This document shows positions 37,020 through 45,402 of a stretch of DNA of 64,000 nucleotides, piece by piece. The notes under the pieces are model-generated. The model saw only the letters and a list, made by a program, of their open reading frames with translations. It was not told the origin of the DNA and made no database searches. The stretch is from Bacillota bacterium (lineage in GTDB: Bacteria > Bacillota > Clostridia > Christensenellales > CAG-138), in NCBI GenBank assembly GCA_023435025.1, contig JAEYSE010000030.1, forward strand, positions 565 through 64,564, written 5' to 3'. The position numbers and the translations under genes were made by a program. Positions within the stretch are counted from its first letter, which is position 1, and the number at the start of each line of letters is the position of its first letter.

Positions 37020-38741
37020 TTATTGCAGACCGGAAAGTTCTTTCTTGAGGTATTCCTTCACTTCGTCCGCAGTGGGCAGCGTTTTTACGGTATCGGCAAG
37101 CTCCTCCGACTTCTGTATGGTCAGGACGGACAGCAGCTTTTTGATGGGCGCTACGGAAGCAAGGCCCATGCTCAGTTTGCGCATGCCCAGCCCCACCAGC
37201 ACGACAGCGGCAAGAGGGTCTCCGCCCATTTCGCCACATACGCCCACGGGCTTGTTGAAGCGCCTGAACTGCTCCACCACATAGCCGATGAGGCGGAACA
37301 TGGCCGGATGATAGCTCTGGTAATAGTCCACCAGCGCGGGGTTCATGCGATCCACTGCAGTCATGTACTGGCAGAGATCGTTGGAGCCGATGGACGCGAA
37401 GTCCACCTCCTGTGCCGCAAGGTCCGCGATCAGCGCGATAGAGGGAATCTCCACCATGATGCCAAGTTTATAGGTTGGGGAAAACGGAATTTCTTCTTTT
37501 GTAAGATCCGCTTTGACCTCCTCGATCATCGCCTTGGCACGGCGTATGTCGTCCAAACTCGCGACCATGGGCAGCATGATCCAGAGGTTGCCATGCACGG
37601 AGGCGCGTAGCGCAGCGCGCAGTTGGGTATAAAACAGCTCCGGATAGGTAAAGCATAGCCGAAGCGCGCGGTTGCCCAAAAACGGGTTGTCCTCCTTGGG
37701 GAGCTGCATGCTTTTTAGCTGCTTGTCCCCGCCGATATCGAGCGTGCGGAGTATCACGGGACGGTCCCCATAGGTTTCGAGCACCCTGCGGTAGGTAATA
37801 TACTGCTCCTCTTCGCCTGGGAGCTGTGCGCGGCCCATGTAAAGAAATTCCGTGCGGAACAGGCCCACGCCATCCGTATAACGGCTTCCGTCCAGCTCCT
37901 CTTTCCCCGCGGAACCGATGTTGAGCTGCACGTCTACGCGCACGCCGTCCGCGGTCAGCGGCTGGGCATCCAAAAACTTTTTGGTGTCGGCCACATTCGC
38001 GCGGTATTCTTCCAGCTTTTTTGTATATTCCTGCAGTTCCGCAGGCGTGGGATCCGTGATGACGACACCCTGCAACGCGTCCACAATGACGGTGCTGCCC
38101 TGCCGGAGGCTGGCTAGCGCGTTTGGTACGCCCAGAACGGCTGGAATTTCGTAGCTTCTTGCGATAATCGCGGAATGCGATGTGGAGCCACCCACCTCCG
38201 TGAGTATGGCAAGTACTCTTTTGCGGTTGAGCGTGGCAGTATCCGAAGGGAGCAGGTCCTCCGCGACCACGATCGCGTCGTGTTCGAGCGCAGCAAGGTT
38301 TTTTTCCTCAACGCCCGCCCAACAGCGCAGCAGCCGGTTGCATACGTCCCGAAGGTCAGCTGCCCGTTCACGGATGAGTTCATCCTCCAAATTCTCAAAT
38401 ATCTCAATATAACGGTCATAGACGCGTGAAATCGCGTAATCGACGGAACAAAGCTCCTCCGTCACCATCTGCACGATTTCCTCTTCCATGGTGATGTCTG
38501 TCAATATGGCCTGATGTGCAAGAAATATGGTTGCCTTATCCGGGTCATCCTTTTCGAGATGGGAAACGATGCTTTCAAGCTCCGCTTCTGCCGCGCTTTT
38601 CGCATCATGGAATTTTTGTATGTTCGCGTTCACTTCATCCCGTGTGATGCCCGCTTTTTTAATATCCGGCACAAAGGGTTTAAAAAGATACACTTCTCCG
38701 ATCGCAATACCCGGGGATACAGGGTTCCCTTTTATCATCAT
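37020..38741 (-). CDS. ptsI: phosphoenolpyruvate-protein phosphotransferase (PTS Enzyme I)
   Basis: GGSTSHSAIIARS phospho-His region and the C-terminal PEP-utilising TIM barrel (FASIGSNDLCQY). ATG ATG at 38741 lies 10 nt after GGAGGA. The ORF-track start at 38891 adds 50 unsupported codons. Confidence 0.9.
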   Translation of the reverse strand: MMIKGNPVSPGIAIGEVYLFKPFVPDIKKAGITRDEVNANIQKFHDAKSAAEAELESIVSHLEKDDPDKATIFLAHQAILTDITMEEEIVQMVTEELCSVDYAISRVYDRYIEIFENLEDELIRERAADLRDVCNRLLRCWAGVEEKNLAALEHDAIVVAEDLLPSDTATLNRKRVLAILTEVGGSTSHSAIIARSYEIPAVLGVPNALASLRQGSTVIVDALQGVVITDPTPAELQEYTKKLEEYRANVADTKKFLDAQPLTADGVRVDVQLNIGSAGKEELDGSRYTDGVGLFRTEFLYMGRAQLPGEEEQYITYRRVLETYGDRPVILRTLDIGGDKQLKSMQLPKEDNPFLGNRALRLCFTYPELFYTQLRAALRASVHGNLWIMLPMVASLDDIRRAKAMIEEVKADLTKEEIPFSPTYKLGIMVEIPSIALIADLAAQEVDFASIGSNDLCQYMTAVDRMNPALVDYYQSYHPAMFRLIGYVVEQFRRFNKPVGVCGEMGGDPLAAVVLVGLGMRKLSMGLASVAPIKKLLSVLTIQKSEELADTVKTLPTADEVKEYLKKELSGLQ

Positions 38742-38952
38742 TGTGCTCGAGTCCTCCGTCCTGTTATGTCTTGCGTCTGGCATGCATGGCCTTATCGTTC
38801 CGCTACCCAGGCATCCCGATAGCGCTTCCTTTATTATCGGATGTAGGGAGAGGCTTGTCAAGGAAGCAGATAAGTAGGGAAGTTTTTGCAAAATGTCGAG
38901 ATCGACTTGACATGATTAGTTTTATATGGTACTATACCACATAGAAGGAGTG

Positions 38953-39393
38953 ATGCATTTGCCAGAAAGAAACGGTGGATTTTTGATTTCCCAGGTAAAG
39001 CAATTGCAGGACAGAGTGTTTGACGTGCTGCTGCGCCAATCCGGTATTCAGGAATTTAACGGGGCTCAGGGAAGAATTCTTTATGTCCTGTGGCAGGAAG
39101 ATCACCTGCCAATTGTGGAGCTTTCCAAACGGACGTCTTTGGCAAAGACAACGCTTACAAGTATGCTCGACCGCATGGAGAACAGCGGGTTTCTAAACCG
39201 CGTCTATGACGAAAGCGACCGGCGGATAATCCGCATTGTGTTAACCCCAAAGGCAAAGGAACTCAACGAGAAATATTCGGAAGTGTCCCAGAGGATGACC
39301 GCTCTATTTTACAAAGGCTTTGCCGAACATGAAATCGACGTATTCGAGGAATCTCTTGCGCGCATCCTTGAGAACTTAAAGGTATTGGTCTGA
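38953..39393 (+). CDS. MarR-family transcriptional regulator
   Basis: wHTH pattern (LPIVELSKRTSLAKTTLTSMLDRMENSGFLNRVYDESDRRIIRIVLT). The start is ambiguous among ATG 38926, ATG 38953 and TTG 38959. Confidence 0.85.
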   Translation: MHLPERNGGFLISQVKQLQDRVFDVLLRQSGIQEFNGAQGRILYVLWQEDHLPIVELSKRTSLAKTTLTSMLDRMENSGFLNRVYDESDRRIIRIVLTPKAKELNEKYSEVSQRMTALFYKGFAEHEIDVFEESLARILENLKVLV

Positions 39394-39428
39394 CTGTAAC
39401 ATTTCTTCATAAACAGGAGGTACGCCCC

Positions 39429-40055
39429 ATGGAGTTTTATACAGCTGTTGCCCAAAGAAAGACCATTCGCGACTTGCAGGATAAAGAAATCCCAGCGGAA
39501 ATTCTGCACCGGATATTGGACGCGGGTTTAAAAGCCCCGACCAACGATCATTTGCGTAACTGGGAGTTTGTAATCATCACAGATCCCGCTGAAAAGGCGC
39601 GTGTCATTCAAAAAATCCCCAAGTCATTTTCCAAGGACGAGGTTCGGGAGTTCATTGACAGATGCAACATGAACGACCCTATCCAGCGTGCGATGTACAT
39701 GCAGGGCGTCCCTAAGCAGTACAGCATGCTGTACCACTCCGGCTGCCTGGTGCTGCCGCTTTTCCGGCAGGACCACCCCCTGCTGAAGCCCAAAAGCATC
39801 AGCGATCTCAACAGCTTTGCTTCTATCTGGTGCTGCATCGAAAACATATTCCTGGCCGCGACGGCGGAAGGCTTGGGAACCGCGTTTCGTATCCCGTTTC
39901 CGGATGAAGTGGAGTACTTAAAGGAAGCTATCGGGCACCCCGAAAACTATGTGATGCCCTGCTACATCGCTATCGGCTATCCGAAAGAAGAGGCGGACAA
40001 TACAATACAGCACGAATACAGGGCGGCGGATAAGATTCACGTAAACAAATGGTAG
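39429..40055 (+). CDS. nitroreductase-family oxidoreductase
   Basis: 208 aa. N-terminal RKTIRDL and the ..APTNDHLRNWEF.. pattern. RBS AGGAGG. Confidence 0.8.
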   Translation: MEFYTAVAQRKTIRDLQDKEIPAEILHRILDAGLKAPTNDHLRNWEFVIITDPAEKARVIQKIPKSFSKDEVREFIDRCNMNDPIQRAMYMQGVPKQYSMLYHSGCLVLPLFRQDHPLLKPKSISDLNSFASIWCCIENIFLAATAEGLGTAFRIPFPDEVEYLKEAIGHPENYVMPCYIAIGYPKEEADNTIQHEYRAADKIHVNKW

Positions 40056-40116
40056 TAAAAATGTGAGGGCATGCTTTATAAAGCACGCCCTCACTCGTTT
40101 TGTATCAGGAATACCG

Positions 40117-40608
40117 TTATAACTCCCGCACAAGTTTAATCTTCCACTGCGGCTGTTTTTGCATAAGGCCATCATCGAGCAGCGCTCCGGTGCGGAACGT
40201 GGAGAACAGCAGGCCACAGAGTATGAGGTTGCACAGCATGGCCTGATCCCCAAACGCGACAAACGGCATCGGATACCGCAGCAGCAGCGTAATGCCCAAA
40301 TTCCCCGCAATATACCCTGCACCCTGCGCCGCAAACGTAAGCAAAACGGAAAAAGATAAAAACCTTCCCAGCATGCTGCGCTGCTTGAAACAGATGCGCA
40401 GCGAAAAGAACACAAATGCAAAAAGCAGAAGAACGGCGAAAACAAACACAATCTTCCCCAAGCGTGCGGCAAGAAGCGTAAGCATACAGTCATTTGCGAA
40501 AAGTGTACTTCCAAAGATATAGTCAACAACTGCGCCATCAAGCAAAGCAGAATCCAATGGCCCAACAAATCTTGCTGCCGTAAGAACTTCTCTTATTGTT
40601 GTGCCCAA
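40117..40608 (-). CDS. integral membrane protein (C-terminal segment faintly RodA/FtsW-like)
   Basis: 163 aa, 4-5 predicted TM segments. Overlaps the upstream membrane-protein gene by 16 nt. The motif GNLGITLLLRYPMPFVAFGDQAML loosely recalls the SEDS C-terminus. Confidence 0.5.
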   Translation of the reverse strand: MGTTIREVLTAARFVGPLDSALLDGAVVDYIFGSTLFANDCMLTLLAARLGKIVFVFAVLLLFAFVFFSLRICFKQRSMLGRFLSFSVLLTFAAQGAGYIAGNLGITLLLRYPMPFVAFGDQAMLCNLILCGLLFSTFRTGALLDDGLMQKQPQWKIKLVREL

Positions 40609-41438
40609 AAATCCTGCCCCTGCGGATCGATTTCCGGCGAAACAAGCGTCAACAGCTGTACAAAGCGATGTGGCTGTGCAACCACCATGGCCGCAAGGAG
40701 CAATACGGGCGGTCCCGCTACAATCAATATGGCAATCGCCTTATTGCAATCAAACCAACCCCGCACAATCGCATAGAGCAGTAGGCACATGCAGGCAAAT
40801 GCGATAAGAACATAATTCCCAATAGAACTCTGCAGCGCAATCAGGGCAATGACAGCATGCGTAATGCAGATTAGACACACGCCAAGAATCCCCCGCCCGC
40901 GCATCCGGTAAATCAGTAAGGCAGAAAGGGCGGGCAAAAACAGGAGAATGTATCCCGTATATTGACTGTATCCCCGGATGATGACTCCGCTTGTTGCAGC
41001 AAGCACTCCTGCTACATATATCCCGTAGAATAGCCATGTCCATTTGGGTAGCCATCCCACCGGAATAAAGCACGCACCAAAGAATGCAACAAGCAGTACC
41101 GGCGTATAATCATGAAACAGTGATCCCTGGATATAGCCCCTTGCAAAGAACCCGAACACCATCAGTACAGCAAACGGAATCCATACGCTCCAGTCCTTTT
41201 GCGGGCGGTACGCTTCATCAAACCGCCTGCCGACCTCAAGCGCATCCCCCATCTCTTTGATCGCCTGCTTTTCTGCGGCCTCTTCAGGAAACCCCTGCGC
41301 AAGCAGGCTTTGCCGTTCATCCTGAATATGGTCGCAAAGCTCACGCGCAATTATCCGATGTGCCTGTTTCCAACGCACCTGTGCACAGACGTCGTTGAGG
41401 TACGTTGTAACCCGTTCAGACTGTTCCAAGAAGCGCAC
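40593..41438 (-). CDS. PadR-associated membrane protein (cytoplasmic helical N-domain + multiple TM segments)
   Basis: The N-terminus EQSERVTTYLNDVCAQVRWKQAHRIIARELCDHIQDE resembles the prefix domain commonly found downstream of padR genes. Likely GTG 41438 or TTG 41429 start, overlapping the padR stop. The ORF track extends to 41636. Confidence 0.55.
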   Translation of the reverse strand: MRFLEQSERVTTYLNDVCAQVRWKQAHRIIARELCDHIQDERQSLLAQGFPEEAAEKQAIKEMGDALEVGRRFDEAYRPQKDWSVWIPFAVLMVFGFFARGYIQGSLFHDYTPVLLVAFFGACFIPVGWLPKWTWLFYGIYVAGVLAATSGVIIRGYSQYTGYILLFLPALSALLIYRMRGRGILGVCLICITHAVIALIALQSSIGNYVLIAFACMCLLLYAIVRGWFDCNKAIAILIVAGPPVLLLAAMVVAQPHRFVQLLTLVSPEIDPQGQDFWAQQ

Positions 41439-41760
41439 CCCCTTCAAGCACCCTGCTGACAGCGCCGGAAAACTCCTTCCATTCCGCCTGCTTTTCAGTA
41501 AGATGGCTGCGGCCCTCTTTTGTGAGGGCATAATCCCTTCTTTCCCGCCCCGCGACCATTCCGAGATACGAGCGCACATACCCCTTTGTCTCCAGAGAGT
41601 GCAGCAGCGGATAGAGCGTCCCGGCTTTGAGCGCAAATAGATCGTTGGAGCGCCGCTTCAGCTCTTCCGTCATCTGGTAGCCGTACATATCCTCTTTTTC
41701 AAGCAGTTTAAGCAGCATCATACCCGTGCTGCCCGCGAGCAATGTCTTATCCGCCGCCAT
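41416..41760 (-). CDS. PadR-family transcriptional regulator
   Basis: LLKLLEKEDMYGYQMTEELKRRSNDLFALKAGTLYPLLHSLETKGYV. ATG 41760 follows GGAGGAACGAT. Confidence 0.85.
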   Translation of the reverse strand: MAADKTLLAGSTGMMLLKLLEKEDMYGYQMTEELKRRSNDLFALKAGTLYPLLHSLETKGYVRSYLGMVAGRERRDYALTKEGRSHLTEKQAEWKEFSGAVSRVLEGGALLGTV

Positions 41761-41848
41761 ATCGTTCCTCCAAAACATATATAGACCATCTACCTATGCT
41801 ATAGATAGATGGTCTATATATGTCAACATCGTTTTCTAAGTTATTTTT

Positions 41849-42253
41849 TTATGCCATCGCAGCGAGGTTCCACATGACGCCGTACTTGTCCACCACTATG
41901 CCATAGCAGGGGCTGAAGAACGTATTTTGCAGCGGCATTTCTACTTTACCCTGTTCAGACAGAACGGAAAATGCCAGCCGTACCTCCTCCTCCTTGCATT
42001 CTACAGCGATTGCGACGCGCTCGGATGCCACATCGTTGAGTTCCCCAAACGAATCCGACATACGGATAAAATTATCTCCAAAGCGCAAAGTGGCTTGTAA
42101 GACCTGCTTTTTCTTCTCCTCTTCTACCGGCGGCCCGCCCGGAACATCGCCATAACGCATCATATCGATTACACTGGTGTTGAATGCACGGCTGTAAAGC
42201 GCGATTGCATCGTTGCACTCTCCTTTAAAACTTAGATATGGCCTGATTTCCAT
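41849..42253 (-). CDS. VOC/glyoxalase-fold protein (PhnB/YjdN-like)
   Basis: 134 aa. MEIRPYLSFKGECNDAIALY..FFSPCYGIVVDKYGVMWNL is typical of the PhnB-like family. Confidence 0.7.
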   Translation of the reverse strand: MEIRPYLSFKGECNDAIALYSRAFNTSVIDMMRYGDVPGGPPVEEEKKKQVLQATLRFGDNFIRMSDSFGELNDVASERVAIAVECKEEEVRLAFSVLSEQGKVEMPLQNTFFSPCYGIVVDKYGVMWNLAAMA

Positions 42254-42275
42254 AAGTTCCTCTCCTTTATTGGTA

Positions 42276-42827
42276 TTAGCGTTTCTTCTTCGCCTCGTGT
42301 AGTTGCGTGTTTTCCTGTACTCGGAACCGGACGATCTCTTTTACAAGTTCAAGCGGAAGGGGCTTGCTATATGGAAACTGTATTGCCCCTTTGGAAGTTT
42401 CATATTCAATGAGCTTGTCCGCATACACCGCCACGCCATTTGCCCCGGGGTAAAACCCGGTGTGGTTTTTGTTGGCTGCAAAGTGCACCAGGTTGCCATA
42501 CAGGGTAAACGTGGCCATTCCCCAGCTGATTTTCTCCTGCGCTTGGGGCGCGGCCTCCCGGATCGCCTGGCGCAGCGTTTGCAGCTTCTCTTGTACTTCC
42601 GGTGGAAACTGCGCAATATACTCCCCTACCGCATCCAGCTTCTCCCCCAAAAACGTGCGCCCCTGCACGTGCAGTTCGGCTTTTAGCACCGCGAGTGCCT
42701 TGGGACCTATGCCGTGCAGGCTGGCAATTTCCTCCTCCGTGCGGGAAGCAAGCTGTTCGAACGTATGGATACCCGCATGATCGAGCGCCCTTTGGGCGGG
42801 CTGCCCCAATTTTTGAAAGATTTCCAT
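42276..42827 (-). CDS. DUF1801 (YdhG-like) domain protein with an N-terminal helix-hairpin-helix segment
   Basis: 183 aa. LHGIGPKAL HhH motif, then ..QEKISWGMATFTLYGNLVHFAANKNHTGFYP.. Confidence 0.65.
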   Translation of the reverse strand: MEIFQKLGQPAQRALDHAGIHTFEQLASRTEEEIASLHGIGPKALAVLKAELHVQGRTFLGEKLDAVGEYIAQFPPEVQEKLQTLRQAIREAAPQAQEKISWGMATFTLYGNLVHFAANKNHTGFYPGANGVAVYADKLIEYETSKGAIQFPYSKPLPLELVKEIVRFRVQENTQLHEAKKKR

Positions 42828-43008
42828 AGTATCCCCCTTTTTCCTGTTGCAATTTCTCCCAAAGCCTTTGCTTCTATATTACCCGAAAACAAGCCGGTGT
42901 CCCATAAAACCAAAATCTCTTATGTAGAAATCAGGACGCTTTCAGAGTATTCACAGATTGTTCGTGAAACCCACGAAAAAGTGTCGAACGTCACTTTTTT
43001 CGGCAAGC

Positions 43009-43040
43009 AAGCGCCCGCCTCTACAGGCGGGCGCTTTTGG
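43009..43040. terminator. GC-rich hairpin downstream of the SPFH gene
   Basis: AAGCGCCCGCC tctaca GGCGGGCGCTT with a short T-run on the plus side and an A-run upstream. Confidence 0.4.
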
Positions 43041-43082
43041 GGGATCGGTGCGGGCTTACACGTCCGCAGGGGGAAGCTTCTT

Positions 43083-45056
43083 TTACGAAACAGTTCCCGT
43101 TTTCTCATTCTCGGAAGCCGCATTCCGCAGGGATATGCCGAGCTGATCCAGCGTGATGAACTTTAAAAGCGTATCCATGATGGTGCTGCTGCCGGTGTTG
43201 CCGGTGGAACCTTCCCCGCCCATGTTGACGACAGTCTTAGGCACGATATCCACCGACGCATTCTTGATGGCTTCGGCCAGTTTGTCTGTGATTTCCTGGA
43301 TCACGCGGTATTCTGCGCCGCCGTATGCTTTGACCTGTGCATCGATCGCCTGCGCCTTGGCTAAACCCACGTTTGTCTCCTTGCTGGCTTCCGCCTCGCC
43401 CTCCAGGCGCACCTTGGAGGCGTTCGCCTTGGCAAGTGCGATGATCTGGTTGGCCTCCTGCTCGGCCTTGCTTGCAAGCGCCGCGCCGTTGTTGCCTTCG
43501 ATCTCGATCTGGATTTTGGACTTGGTCAAGAAGCTCTGCTGTTCGGCAACGGCCTGCGCTTCCCTCAGAGATTTTTCGCTTTCCGCTGCCATCTGCTGTT
43601 TCTGGTAGGTGACCTTCTTTTCCTCCGCAATCTGCCGTTCCCGTAGCTGCATCAGGATGTTTTCTATCTGCGAATCGCGAACGGTGGTCTTGGGGGTGCC
43701 GATCAGCACTTCCTCCAACTGGAGGTTGTATTTTGCGAACTTCTCCTTCATTTCCAGCACCGCACGCTCACGAATGGAGCTGCGCTCCTGAATGAGCTCA
43801 ATAAGAGTCTTGGTCTGCGCCACATCCTTGAAATACGCGCTCACCAGAGGATCGAGCGACTGATTGACAAGCATCCCGATATCGCCAAAGCGCTGTATGA
43901 CCCAGGGCGCCTGCTTGTAATCGATGTGCATAACGACCGAAAGCGGCAGGGACGGCTCAAACGCGTCCTTGGTGATGATGTCGACCTCGGTGAGGTTTTC
44001 ATCGTACTTATGGTCCCCGGTTTCGGACTTGTTCCATTTCAGAATGATGTTGGTGGTGGGGACGAGCACCACTTTCCCGGCGTCCGTATTGAACGCGTAT
44101 TTCCCTGGCATCAGCGGCTTTTCCAGCACGCCCTTGCAACCCACCTGAACAAGCTCACCATGCTTATAATCAAGCCCGGTGGTATCCACGCCTTCTTTTC
44201 CGAAGAAGGAAACAACAACGCCCACAAAGCCGATGGGTACGACCGTTTTTGCGCGGAACTCTACAGTAGCGAACAGGCGGTTGACGTAGTAGGTACCATC
44301 GGTGAGCACCTGAATTTGCTTGCCGCGCCTGCCGCCAAGCTCCAGGAATTTTTCCGGGTCCTGAAAGCTTGCGTGGCCTTCGCCCACATCGGGCGCGATG
44401 ATCTCGCCCTGGGCGATGGGCGTGCCGTCGTGCACGGTGACGATGCCCATCAAGTCGCTGCTTTCTTGCCCGCGTCCCATGATGACCACCGGCGTAAACG
44501 CGTTGCGCTCAGAAAGCGTCTTCTGCATGCTGACAAGCTCCGCAAGCTCCTGTTTGGAGGTGGCGGCAATGGATTTAATGTCGTTGGGCGTGATGACGAT
44601 AAACTGCGCAAGGTTGATGGCGTACGTACCTTCACGCAATATCCCGCGCTGGGGGCCCCTCTGTCCGCCGTTCTTTAAAAAGCCGGTCACGTTCTGGAAG
44701 TTGTTCGCTTCCGTCACAATGCGCCCCAGTGTCTGCGTGGGAGCAAGCGGCTGTCCGTCACGCGAGAACAGGTACGCGATCTGGCCCTGCGGCACTGTGA
44801 TAAGCGGGTACTTGTGTATTTTATACATCAGCACCGATCGAAAGTGGATGCCGCCGCGCAGCAGATCCGGCGCGTAACCCGCCTCGCCATTAAGCGCTAT
44901 AATAGAATCTTTGAGCGATCCCCGAAAGCTCCACCACTTTTCCACCACCGCGACCTCGCTGGAAGCGATGACCCGCAGGCCCAATATTTTAAATATGAGC
45001 AAGTAGATTGCAAGCGCGCCTCCGATAACTTCCACGAACAAAAGAATTGGATTCAT
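43083..45056 (-). CDS. large SPFH/band-7 domain membrane protein with a long C-terminal coiled-coil
   Basis: N-terminal TM (MNPILLFVEVIGGALAIYLLIF), an SPFH-like core and an A/E/K/Q-rich helical tail. ATG 45056 lies 6 nt after GGGGAGGG. Confidence 0.7.
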   Translation of the reverse strand: MNPILLFVEVIGGALAIYLLIFKILGLRVIASSEVAVVEKWWSFRGSLKDSIIALNGEAGYAPDLLRGGIHFRSVLMYKIHKYPLITVPQGQIAYLFSRDGQPLAPTQTLGRIVTEANNFQNVTGFLKNGGQRGPQRGILREGTYAINLAQFIVITPNDIKSIAATSKQELAELVSMQKTLSERNAFTPVVIMGRGQESSDLMGIVTVHDGTPIAQGEIIAPDVGEGHASFQDPEKFLELGGRRGKQIQVLTDGTYYVNRLFATVEFRAKTVVPIGFVGVVVSFFGKEGVDTTGLDYKHGELVQVGCKGVLEKPLMPGKYAFNTDAGKVVLVPTTNIILKWNKSETGDHKYDENLTEVDIITKDAFEPSLPLSVVMHIDYKQAPWVIQRFGDIGMLVNQSLDPLVSAYFKDVAQTKTLIELIQERSSIRERAVLEMKEKFAKYNLQLEEVLIGTPKTTVRDSQIENILMQLRERQIAEEKKVTYQKQQMAAESEKSLREAQAVAEQQSFLTKSKIQIEIEGNNGAALASKAEQEANQIIALAKANASKVRLEGEAEASKETNVGLAKAQAIDAQVKAYGGAEYRVIQEITDKLAEAIKNASVDIVPKTVVNMGGEGSTGNTGSSTIMDTLLKFITLDQLGISLRNAASENEKTGTVS

Positions 45057-45402
45057 TTGATACCCTCCCCATCTTTTTTTATAACTGAAACCTGCCCATT
45101 CCCCCCGGCGCATTTTTTCCCTTTTCTACCCATATTTGGGCGGACTGGGGATTATGCCGGCTTATGGTTATAGCGTATCAGAATACCTATAAAGAGGGTG
45201 TTAATATGTCGAAATGACGCATGAAGAAAAAATAAAGAAGTCCATTTTTTCTCTTCCTGCAAAAATGGGGCATTTTTGCTGCGCTAAGGGGAAAAATCAT
45301 GTATAATATGTGAAGAATGTTCTCCGTTCCGCTTTCCCATCCGGTATGGAGAAAATTTATGGAGGAAGCTCCAAATAACACACAGAAAGTAGGTGCCCAC
45401 TG

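Noticed and set aside
37020-38891. N-terminal extensions in the ORF track. Examples are ptsI from 38891, the BMP gene from 9469, cheW from 14719, nagB from 61890 and the permease from 24003.
   Set aside because: In each case an internal ATG, GTG or TTG preceded by a GGAGG-type RBS gives the canonical family N-terminus. The extensions have no RBS and often overlap the upstream gene. The trimmed coordinates are given in the features.
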